DNA of 39,660 nt from IMG/VR virus record IMGVR_UViG_3300032250_000070, positions 64,001 to 103,660 of that record; one strand, given 5' to 3'. Positions 9,243 to 17,275 of the stretch are shown here, in pieces. Each line of letters starts with the position of its first letter. Positions within the stretch are counted from its first letter, which is position 1. The position numbers and the translations under genes are program-made. The notes beneath the pieces were generated by a model. That model saw only the letters and a list, made by a program, of their open reading frames with translations. It was not told the DNA's origin and did no database searches. The DNA is from a virus. Taxonomy: Duplodnaviria > Heunggongvirae > Uroviricota > Caudoviricetes.

Positions 9243-12200
9243 ATGGCAAATATAAAAATTAGTGCATTACCAAACGCTGCTGCATTGACAGGAACTGAAC
9301 AAGTTCCTGTAGTTCAAGGTGGTGCAACAGTAAAAACAACAGCTCAAGACATTGCTAATTTAGGTGGTGGAGGTGGCGGTGGTGTAATGGCTGCTGGTAG
9401 TGGAATTTGTTCAATTGTAGGTAGTGGTTGTTACAATAACGCTTGTGGGGATTATTCTGCTGCATTAAGTGGTCAATGTAACAATATAACTGCAAGCGGA
9501 GCTAATGCTAAACATAACGTAATAAGTGGTGGTTTTTGTAACAAAATTAGTGGAACTTATAATAGTTATTCATTCATAGGTGGTGGACAATGTAATACAG
9601 CTTGTGGAACACGTTCAGTTGTTGTAGGTGGTAGATGTAACACAATTAGTTTTAGTGGATATTATTCATTTATTGGTAGTGGATTTCAAAACACAGTATC
9701 AGCATATTACGGAGTAGTAGTGGGTGGATATTCAAACACAGCTTGTGGAATACGTTCATTTATAGGTGGTGGTTGTGCTAACACAGTCAGTGGATATGCT
9801 TCTTTTGTAGGTGGTGGTAGAGATAACACAGCTAGTGGACAAGACTCATTTATAGGTGGTGGTAGATTTAATATAGCAAGTGGATATTATTCATTTATTG
9901 GTGGTGGTAGCTGCAATACTGCACAATGTGATTATACTGGAGTATTTGGATGTAACTTATGTAATACACAAGCTTGCACATTCATGGCTAACAACTTTGT
10001 TGTTGGTGACTTTGTAGGTTGTGATGGATGTTCTTTAGCTTTAGATGCTAATGGAAAAATGTGTATTGGTTCTGGTGGTGGTGGAAGTTCTCCTATGGTT
10101 GTTGGTAGTGGTGGTACTGGTTCAATTCAAGGTAATGGGTCAGACAATAATGCTTGTGGAAATTATTCATTTGTTGGAGGTGGTTTTTATAATACAGCTT
10201 GTGGTGAGACTTCATTCATTGGCGGTGGAGGTTTTAACACAGCTAGTGGAACTTATTCAACAATTAGTGGTGGGTATATTAATACAGCTTGTGGACGTAA
10301 TTCAACAATTAGTGGTGGATGTTGTAACAATATAACTGCAAGTGGAGCTTATATTTGTAATAATGTAATAACTGGTGGTGGTTGTAATACAATTAGTGGA
10401 GCTTATGCTACAAGTGCATTTATAGGTGGTGGTAGTGTTAATAATGCTTGTGGTAGTTATTCAGCTATTGTTGGTGGAACTTGTAATACAGCTAGTGGTA
10501 ATTATTCATTTGTAGGTGGTGGTGAATGTAACACAGCTTGTGGACCTACTTCATTTGTAGGTGGTGGAAATTGTAATACAGCCAGTGGGTATTATTCAGC
10601 TATTGGTGGTGGTCAAAATAACATAGCTAGTGGTAATTATTCATTTGTAGGTGGTGGATTTGGTAATACAGCTAGTGGATATTATTCAACAATAAGTGGT
10701 GGACAAGGTAACATAGCTTGTGGTACTTGTTCATTTGTAGGTGGTGGTGAAGCTAATAAGGCTTGTGGTGCTTATTCTTTTGTTGGAGCTGGTAAATCTA
10801 ACACAGCTGTTATTGATTATTCAACAATTGGTGGTGGTGAATGTAATGCTACTTGTGCTAGTCATTCAACAATTAGTGGAGGTTTTACTAACACAGCTTG
10901 TGGTATTGCTTCATTTATAGGTGGAGGTTATAGTAATATAGCTAGTGGAGTTAATTCAACTATTTCTGGTGGTTATTGTAATACAGCCAGTGCATATTAC
11001 TCATCTGTAGGTGGTGGATATTGTAACAAGGCTTGTGGTGTTGGTTCATTTGTAGGAGGGGGATGTGTTAATACAGCTTGTTGTATTGCTTCATCTGTTG
11101 GTGGTGGTATCTGTAATAGATCTTGTGGACGTAATTCAACTATCAGTGGTGGTTATGTTAATATTGCTAGCGGATGTTCTTCAACTGTAGGGGGTGGTGG
11201 TACCAACACAGCTAGCGGTTGTTATTCAACTATTAGTGGAGGATATCGTAGTACATCTTCAGGATATGTATCATTTGTTGGTGGTGGTAGAAATAATGTT
11301 TCAACTGCTGACTTCTCATTTGTTGGAGGAGGACACTTTAACACAGTTTTAGGCTGTGGAGGAGGTGTTGTTGCTGGTGTTACTAACACTGCTTGTGGAT
11401 GTAATTCTACAATTAGTGGTGGATATGTTAACACAGCTATTGCTGACCAATCATTTATTGGTGGTGGTATTTGTAATACAACTTGTGGGGTTAGTTCATT
11501 TATTGGAGGTGGTGGTGGTAACACAGTTTGTGGTCTTGATTCATTTGTAGGTGCTGGTTTTACTAATACAGTGGGTGCAGGTTGCTCATTCATAGGTGGT
11601 GGACAATGTAACACTGTAAGTAGTATTTATTCATTTGTGGGTGGTGGTCTATGTAACGCAGTTTCTACACAACAGTCATCTGTACTTGGAGGATGTAATA
11701 ATAGAATTATTTCTGCTGGTTCTCATTCAACAGTTGTTGGAGGTATAAATAATACTATTTGTGGTTGTTTTTCAACAGTTAGTGGTGATGCTAATACTAT
11801 TTGTAGTGGTTCTTGTTATTCATCAGCATTTGGTTGTAACTTAACAGCTAGTGCTCCTCGTACATTCTATGTAAACAACATGTGTGTATGTGGTACATTA
11901 AGTAAGACATCTGGTTCATTCAAGATTCCTCATCCAGATCCAATCAAAGCAGAAGCAGGTAAGTTTCTAAAGCATTCATTCGTAGAATCACCTACAGCTG
12001 GAGATAACATTTACAGATTTAGTGTTACAACATCAAATTGTAGTGCATCTATTGAACTTCCAGACTATTACAGCTTATTAAACACTAATGACCACGTATA
12101 TGTTAATGCTAAGAAGCATTTAGGATATGGATTTGGTATTGTTAATGACGAACAAACTCGTATTGACATTACAACTAATACTGATGGTGATTATAACATA

Positions 12201-12278
12201 CTTTTAATTGGTACAAGAAAAGATAAACTAGCTTTAGATGCTTGGAATGGCACAGAAGTTAATGACGTAGAGAAGTAA
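9243..12278 (+). CDS. Gly/Cys-rich repeat fibre (beta-roll/beta-helix) with C-terminal chaperone-like domain
   Basis: N-terminal IKISALP..LTGTEQVPVVQGG typical of aquatic phage fibres; about 50 imperfect 15-aa repeats; C-terminal FKIPHPDP...LKHSFVESP...IELPDYY. Confidence 0.8.
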   Translation: MANIKISALPNAAALTGTEQVPVVQGGATVKTTAQDIANLGGGGGGGVMAAGSGICSIVGSGCYNNACGDYSAALSGQCNNITASGANAKHNVISGGFCNKISGTYNSYSFIGGGQCNTACGTRSVVVGGRCNTISFSGYYSFIGSGFQNTVSAYYGVVVGGYSNTACGIRSFIGGGCANTVSGYASFVGGGRDNTASGQDSFIGGGRFNIASGYYSFIGGGSCNTAQCDYTGVFGCNLCNTQACTFMANNFVVGDFVGCDGCSLALDANGKMCIGSGGGGSSPMVVGSGGTGSIQGNGSDNNACGNYSFVGGGFYNTACGETSFIGGGGFNTASGTYSTISGGYINTACGRNSTISGGCCNNITASGAYICNNVITGGGCNTISGAYATSAFIGGGSVNNACGSYSAIVGGTCNTASGNYSFVGGGECNTACGPTSFVGGGNCNTASGYYSAIGGGQNNIASGNYSFVGGGFGNTASGYYSTISGGQGNIACGTCSFVGGGEANKACGAYSFVGAGKSNTAVIDYSTIGGGECNATCASHSTISGGFTNTACGIASFIGGGYSNIASGVNSTISGGYCNTASAYYSSVGGGYCNKACGVGSFVGGGCVNTACCIASSVGGGICNRSCGRNSTISGGYVNIASGCSSTVGGGGTNTASGCYSTISGGYRSTSSGYVSFVGGGRNNVSTADFSFVGGGHFNTVLGCGGGVVAGVTNTACGCNSTISGGYVNTAIADQSFIGGGICNTTCGVSSFIGGGGGNTVCGLDSFVGAGFTNTVGAGCSFIGGGQCNTVSSIYSFVGGGLCNAVSTQQSSVLGGCNNRIISAGSHSTVVGGINNTICGCFSTVSGDANTICSGSCYSSAFGCNLTASAPRTFYVNNMCVCGTLSKTSGSFKIPHPDPIKAEAGKFLKHSFVESPTAGDNIYRFSVTTSNCSASIELPDYYSLLNTNDHVYVNAKKHLGYGFGIVNDEQTRIDITTNTDGDYNILLIGTRKDKLALDAWNGTEVNDVEK
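9400..11900 (+). repeat. Coding tandem repeat, about 45 nt / 15 aa, consensus NTA[SC]GxxS[FT][IV]GGGxx
   Basis: e.g. aatacagctagtggtaattattcatttgtaggtggtgg, recurring with variation. Two blocks (about 9400-9990 and 10130-11890). Confidence 0.9.
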
Positions 12279-12304
12279 TAAAACAAAACCAACAAAAACT
12301 ACAT

Positions 12305-13321
12305 ATGAAGGATCTTAAATTTATCTGTGCTCAGCCAGATGATGTCTACTACACATGGCAAGTGCATCTATGGTTAGAAAGCTTGAAGAAGCTTGGGCAC
12401 TCAGACAAGGCAATTGTTTTAGTGTACACACCTAGTTTTAGGGAATACAATGGCAAATGGGAGAAGATAATGGAACTATATCCAGAAGCAAAGTTTGCTT
12501 TCTACAAGGATACAGGAGACGTTAGTCAGTATTTAGGAGTTTATATTCCTATTTTACGTCCATATTGCTTAATGAGATATTTTCAGGACAATCCTGATAT
12601 GGTGACCAAAGCAGTGTTTTACTGTGATTGTGATGTAATCTTCACAGAAAAGTTTGATGTAGATAAATTTAAAGATGATGATGTAAACTACTTGTCTGAT
12701 ACAAATAGTTATATCAACGCTTCATATTTTGATAGTAAGTTAAGAGATGTTCTACCAAGTAAGTTGGAAGAATACAAAACTAGAGATGTTTTAGCTGAGC
12801 TTACAAGCTTAGTGGGTATAACAAGAGAAATAGCTGAGGCTAACAATGATCATTCAGGAGGGGCTCAATACTTCCTTAAGAACATAGATGCTAATTTCTG
12901 GAAGAAGGTGATGAATGATTGTGTACTTATTCGTACCTATCTTCAGAACATAAATAGAGAGTTCTTTAAAGATGAGAACGCAGGGTTCCAAAGCTGGTGT
13001 GCAGACATGTGGGCTGTACTATGGAACGTTTGGCTTAGAGAACAAGAAGCAAAGAACATTCCTGAAATGGAATTCTGTTGGTCTTCAGATGCTATAGAGA
13101 AGCTGGATAGAACAACAATATTACATAACGCAGGTATTACAGGACAGAACACAATGGGCTATCCTGCTTTCTACAAAGGAGCATACCACACTGGTAAAGA
13201 TCCTTTTCTAGATACACACGTACTAAAAGTGCTTAGTGATGAGACTTCTAAAAAATATGCTAATCATTACTACACTCAACGACTAATAGAAATAAAAAAC
13301 AAGTATAATTTAAAATATTAA
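12305..13321 (+). CDS. GT-A fold glycosyltransferase, resembling peptidyl-Ser/Hyp O-glycosyltransferases (GT95/GT96-like)
   Basis: YYTWQVHLWLESL near the N-terminus, DxD in FYCDCDVIF, GGAQYF, WCADMWAVLW, ILHNAG. Confidence 0.6.
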   Translation: MKDLKFICAQPDDVYYTWQVHLWLESLKKLGHSDKAIVLVYTPSFREYNGKWEKIMELYPEAKFAFYKDTGDVSQYLGVYIPILRPYCLMRYFQDNPDMVTKAVFYCDCDVIFTEKFDVDKFKDDDVNYLSDTNSYINASYFDSKLRDVLPSKLEEYKTRDVLAELTSLVGITREIAEANNDHSGGAQYFLKNIDANFWKKVMNDCVLIRTYLQNINREFFKDENAGFQSWCADMWAVLWNVWLREQEAKNIPEMEFCWSSDAIEKLDRTTILHNAGITGQNTMGYPAFYKGAYHTGKDPFLDTHVLKVLSDETSKKYANHYYTQRLIEIKNKYNLKY

Positions 13322-13323
13322 TT

Positions 13324-14022
13324 ATGGCCCAAAACACAAATCGCCCTCTCAAAGCTTATGTACGCTTTGATGGTACTGGAAGAATCGTTCCAAGCAGCCT
13401 AATCTTAAGAAGAAAGAAACCAAAAGTGGGTAGATGGGTAGAGATACCAGCTTATGAATGCTGCAATTATGTTCCTACATCTACAACTACTACTACTAGT
13501 TCTAGCACAAGTAGTACAACAACAACTACTACAACAGCCGCAAGTTATACAATAGGTCAATCAGCATTAGGTGGTAAAATTGCGTATATTCTACAACCAG
13601 GTGATCCAGGATACAATGCTAGTGTACAACATGGATTAGTGGCTACAGTTGCAGATATTTCTACAGGTGCAGCATGGGGATGTGCAGGTACATTAATTAC
13701 AGGAGCTGATGGTCTGGCAATAGGTACTGGTAATCAAAATACAATAGATATATTGGCTCAGTGTCCAACAGCAGGAATTGCTGCAAGAATTTGTAGTGAT
13801 TTAATAGAAGGTGGATATAATGACTGGTATTTACCAAGTATTGATGAACTACAACAACTATACAATAATAGAGTGGCTATTGGTGGTTTTACTGGTAACG
13901 AATATTGTAGTTCTACAGAGTTTGACATTGACTATAATTGGGGTCTGGATTTCATAACTGACACTAGTGGTGCTTATCAAAAGGACCAATCACTATATGT
14001 TCGTGCAATAAGAAGTTTCTAA
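13324..14022 (+). CDS. Shared N-module + poly-Thr/Ser linker + DUF1566 (Lcl C-terminal-like) domain
   Basis: WYLPSIDELQQLY and C-terminal YVRAIRSF; linker TSTTTTTSSSTSSTTTTTT. Confidence 0.8.
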   Translation: MAQNTNRPLKAYVRFDGTGRIVPSSLILRRKKPKVGRWVEIPAYECCNYVPTSTTTTTSSSTSSTTTTTTTAASYTIGQSALGGKIAYILQPGDPGYNASVQHGLVATVADISTGAAWGCAGTLITGADGLAIGTGNQNTIDILAQCPTAGIAARICSDLIEGGYNDWYLPSIDELQQLYNNRVAIGGFTGNEYCSSTEFDIDYNWGLDFITDTSGAYQKDQSLYVRAIRSF

Positions 14023-14503
14023 AATAATTAAATAAAATAGAGCACACATCTTACGGTGTGCTCTTTATAAAAAATATAAAATGGCAAATAGCAATAATAG
14101 ATTAAAAGCATACGTTCGTTATGATGGTACAGGACGTGTCATAGCAGGTAGTTTGATCTTACAAAGATTCAAACCAAAGGTTGGTAACTGGCAAGAGATT
14201 GATGCAAATGAGTGTTGTAACTATGTTCCAACTACCACTACTACCACAACATCTGGAGGAATTTATACAATAGGCCAAGCTGCATTAGGTGGTATCATTG
14301 CGTATATTAATGGTGGTGGAACTTCAGGTACTTCAGGTTTAGTGGCTGCAGTTGCAGATTTTCCTAGTGGATATATTCAGTGGGGATGTAGAGGTACTGA
14401 AATAGTAACAGGAACTGCAATAGGTACTGGTAATCAAAACACTATTGATATACTTGCTGAGTGTCCAACAGCAGGAATTGCTGCAAGAATTTGTAGTGAT
14501 TTA
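13760..14503 (+). repeat. 44-bp exact direct repeat (13760-13803 = 14460-14503) between the DUF1566 paralogues
   Basis: AGTGTCCAACAGCAGGAATTGCTGCAAGAATTTGTAGTGATTTA occurs twice, 700 bp apart; flanks differ at synonymous sites. Confidence 0.9.
14039..14066 (+). terminator. Hairpin between the two DUF1566 genes
   Basis: AGAGCACAC-atcttacg-GTGTGCTCT followed by only TT(T); weak terminator or other signal. Confidence 0.55.
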
Positions 14504-14734
14504 GTTGAGGGAGGTTATAATGATTGGTACCTACCGAGTCAAGATGAGTTAAATGCTTTATATATAAATAGAGTGGCTATTGGTGGTTTTGTTGATGACA
14601 GCTATTGGAGTTCTTCACAACCCCAAGATATTTTTGGACAAGACGCAGCATTTGTTCAGGATTTCACAGATGGTAGTCAAGGGCAAGGGGGAAAAATTAC
14701 TGGACGCCTTGTTCGTGCAGTGAGAAGTTTCTAA
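14081..14734 (+). CDS. Paralogue: shared N-module + poly-Thr linker + DUF1566 domain
   Basis: WYLPSQDELNALY, YWSSS, LVRAVRSF. Confidence 0.8.
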   Translation: MANSNNRLKAYVRYDGTGRVIAGSLILQRFKPKVGNWQEIDANECCNYVPTTTTTTTSGGIYTIGQAALGGIIAYINGGGTSGTSGLVAAVADFPSGYIQWGCRGTEIVTGTAIGTGNQNTIDILAECPTAGIAARICSDLVEGGYNDWYLPSQDELNALYINRVAIGGFVDDSYWSSSQPQDIFGQDAAFVQDFTDGSQGQGGKITGRLVRAVRSF

Positions 14735-14758
14735 AATAATCAACTTTAAAAAAATAAA

Positions 14759-15166
14759 ATGGCACTTAAATCATTATTCCCTGATGAGATGATGAAATCA
14801 GGAGAATTAAACTTGGAAACAATAGCTGGGAAGCTTACATATTTCCATGAGCAATTACATCTATTACATTGGCAGACAAAGAGTTATGCTGAGCACCAAG
14901 CTCTAGGAGGATTGTATGATTATGTACATGATTTCAAAGATGGTGTGATAGAAAAAATCATGGGATATACAGGCAAACGTCCTGCTCCATATAAGATAGA
15001 ACCATTAAGTGGTGCAGATTCTAATTCAGTTGTCACAGCACTAATGGACTTCGCTAGTAACTTAAAAGCATATGGTGAGACTAATAAATTTCATGATATA
15101 GCTAACTTAGCTGATGCTCTATCTGGAGAAGCTGCTAAAGTACGCTACTTATTAACCTTGTCTTAA
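14759..15166 (+). CDS. Ferritin/Dps-like protein (DUF5856-like)
   Basis: HLLHWQTKSYAEHQALGGLYD..DGVIE resembles the Dps ferroxidase-site pattern; ends YLLTLS. Confidence 0.75.
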   Translation: MALKSLFPDEMMKSGELNLETIAGKLTYFHEQLHLLHWQTKSYAEHQALGGLYDYVHDFKDGVIEKIMGYTGKRPAPYKIEPLSGADSNSVVTALMDFASNLKAYGETNKFHDIANLADALSGEAAKVRYLLTLS

Positions 15167-15804
15167 TGCCTGTTATTTATAAAATAACGTCTCCTACAAA
15201 TAAAATTTATATTGGTCAATCTTGGAATTTTAATTCTAGGATTGGTTTTTATAAAACTTATAAATGTAAAAGACAAGTTAAATTATACAACTCTTTATTA
15301 AAACATAGTTACGAGTCTCATAAAGTAGAAGTTATTTGTTCACTACCAGAAGACATTACACAAGACTATTTAGATCTTTATGAGTTAACATATTGGCAAT
15401 TTTATAAAGACTGTAATTTTGATATGTTAAATATTAGAGAACCTGGTAGAGCTGGTAGACTTTCAGAAGAAACTAAAGTTAAAATTAGAAACAAATTAAA
15501 AGGAAGACCTCTTGATATAAAACACAAAGAGAATGTAATTAATGCTTTATATGGTAGAAGGTTTTCTGAAGAATCTAAGAAAAAAATTGGGGATTCTAAT
15601 AGAGGAATAAACAATGGTATGTTTGGCAGATCTGGTAACTTGAACCCTATGTCAAAACAGGTATTAGATTTATCAAATAATAATATTTTTACATGTGTTA
15701 GAGAAGCTGCAGAAAGTTTTGGTATAAGTAAACAGATATTAATAAATAAACTAAATGGACGTACTAAAAACAATACCACTTTAATATATGTGTCAAACAG
15801 TTAG
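15166..15804 (+). mobile_element. Free-standing GIY-YIG homing endonuclease with NUMOD3-type repeats
   Basis: VIYKITSPTNKIYIGQS; SEETKVKIRNKLKG and SEESKKKIGDSNRG; C-terminal HTH (VREAAESFGIS); more AT-rich than flanks. Confidence 0.9.
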
Positions 15805-16084
15805 AAAAGGATTTTTACGTGTATTAACAGATAATGAAGATACTTACTTTAGGCATTTAAATGGTATAATTGACTCAGTTGATGAACTATCTACGTTGGA
15901 GATTACTAAGACTCCTCACTCGTATCACTTTAGATTAGCACCTTCACTGCCTATGTACAATGAAATGTTGCTAGAAGAAATCTTAAAGTTTCATAATATG
16001 TTCAAAATTAGACTAAACCTGTCTAAAAGTATCAAAAGTTCTGCAACTATAACGTTCGAAATAAATTTGGCAGATACGCAATAA
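15788..16084 (+). CDS. Hypothetical protein
   Basis: 98-aa ORF filling the gap and overlapping the GIY-YIG stop. Confidence 0.65.
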   Translation: MCQTVRKGFLRVLTDNEDTYFRHLNGIIDSVDELSTLEITKTPHSYHFRLAPSLPMYNEMLLEEILKFHNMFKIRLNLSKSIKSSATITFEINLADTQ

Positions 16085-16097
16085 ATGCATATCTTTG
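16066..16097 (+). promoter_or_regulatory. Bacteroidota promoter for the basic-protein operon
   Basis: TTTG (16066-16069), N20, TATCTTTG (16090-16097). Confidence 0.85.
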
Positions 16098-16121
16098 TGA
16101 CTAAACTAAAAATATAAATAT

Positions 16122-16391
16122 ATGTCAGAGATTATTGATTTACAACAACAACCACAAGGTCCTAAGTTTGATCCAAACAAGAAGTACACATGGAACACAG
16201 ACGCTACGTTTGTATTAGATGGTGGTGACTTTGGAATGTTATTGAACGCACTACGTGCAGTTATTAATACAAAGGAAGCACAAACTATTTTATTAGCTAA
16301 ACAAGCAGGAGATGTTCTTGAAGAGACATTGGCTGCTGCTGTTGAAGCTGGTGTAGTTGTAGAGCTTCCAGAAAACAAAAACAGTTTATAA
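16122..16391 (+). CDS. Small acidic hypothetical protein
   Basis: First ORF after the promoter; TAATG-coupled to the next gene. Confidence 0.75.
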   Translation: MSEIIDLQQQPQGPKFDPNKKYTWNTDATFVLDGGDFGMLLNALRAVINTKEAQTILLAKQAGDVLEETLAAAVEAGVVVELPENKNSL

Positions 16392-16927
16392 TGGCAACAA
16401 TTAAAAAAGCTCAAGCTGGTATTAAGAAATCAGCTTCTAAAATGGTTCCAGGTGAAATGACTGGTAAAATGTACAAGAAGTCTGAAATAGATGATATTGG
16501 TAGAAAGCAAGCTGCTGAGTTAGACAAGTCTGGTGTATTTGGTAAAGCTGCTATGGCTAAGAAGAAAGCTCCTAAAGCTCAAGATGGTCTTAAAACACGT
16601 CAATATAAAAGACTTGGTAGAATTGATGAAAAAAATTCTGCAAGAGCTGAGCGAGTAGCTGATCGTATGAACACAAAAGCAAGTCGTGTTGAACGTGGCA
16701 AGGAGATTGCAAATCCTCCTATAAGAGTTGAGAGATTTGCTATGGACATATCAGAAAGAATGAAAAACTCTAAAATGAAAGCAGGTGGTATGCTAAAGCG
16801 TGCTGATGGTTCTTATTCTAAAAGAGGATTATGGGATAATTTGAGAGCTGCTAAAGGATCTGGAAAGAAGCCTACAGCTGCTATGTTGAAACAAGAAAAG
16901 AAAATAAAAGCTAAAACTAAAAAATAA
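16391..16927 (+). CDS. Lys/Ala-rich basic protein 1
   Basis: KKAQAG, KAQDG, MKAGG; C-terminal GLWDNLRAAKGSGKKPT. Confidence 0.8.
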   Translation: MATIKKAQAGIKKSASKMVPGEMTGKMYKKSEIDDIGRKQAAELDKSGVFGKAAMAKKKAPKAQDGLKTRQYKRLGRIDEKNSARAERVADRMNTKASRVERGKEIANPPIRVERFAMDISERMKNSKMKAGGMLKRADGSYSKRGLWDNLRAAKGSGKKPTAAMLKQEKKIKAKTKK

Positions 16928-17271
16928 TGGCAACTGTAAAAAAAGACAGAATGGGTAGTCTTTCAGGAATGAAAGCTTCTGATAAGCGTGTAGGTCCTAT
17001 TGACCCAATGGGTGCTTGGACAAAAGTTCAAGAAGCTACCTTAGCAGGTGCTAAGGGCAAAGCTAAGTTAACTAAAGATAAAGAACTTGGTGCTACTAAG
17101 ATGGCAAAGAATGGACGTTCTGAAATGCAATTTGGTCTTAACAAAAAGCAAGCAGCTACAAAAGAAGTGAATCCAGCAAGTTTCAGAAAAGCAGCATTAA
17201 AGCGTGAATCTGAAATCATAGAAAAGCGTAGTGGTGAAATGGCTCCTAAGTTAAAATCTAAAAAGAAGTAA
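16927..17271 (+). CDS. Lys/Ala-rich basic protein 2
   Basis: Coupled ORF, K/R-rich, contains AKNG. Confidence 0.8.
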   Translation: MATVKKDRMGSLSGMKASDKRVGPIDPMGAWTKVQEATLAGAKGKAKLTKDKELGATKMAKNGRSEMQFGLNKKQAATKEVNPASFRKAALKRESEIIEKRSGEMAPKLKSKKK

Positions 17272-17275
17272 CATC

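Noticed and set aside
5335-11614. Antisense and alternate-frame ORFs (5335-5688, 5773-5982, 6611-6862, 8041-8265, 10045-10335, 11222-11614, 11356-11550)
   Set aside because: Shadows of Gly/Thr/Ser-rich low-complexity genes, with no start context or independent motifs.
9400-11900. CRISPR array or non-coding repeat
   Set aside because: The repeats are degenerate, in frame and vary at synonymous sites, so they are protein repeats.
13324-14760. Complete diversity-generating retroelement
   Set aside because: No reverse transcriptase, Avd-like gene or adenine-specific template repeat in the window, and the paralogue differences are not confined to adenines. Kept only as a possible trans target.
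15166-15804. Group I intron carrying the GIY-YIG gene
   Set aside because: The flanking genes look intact and there is no non-coding space for an intron core.
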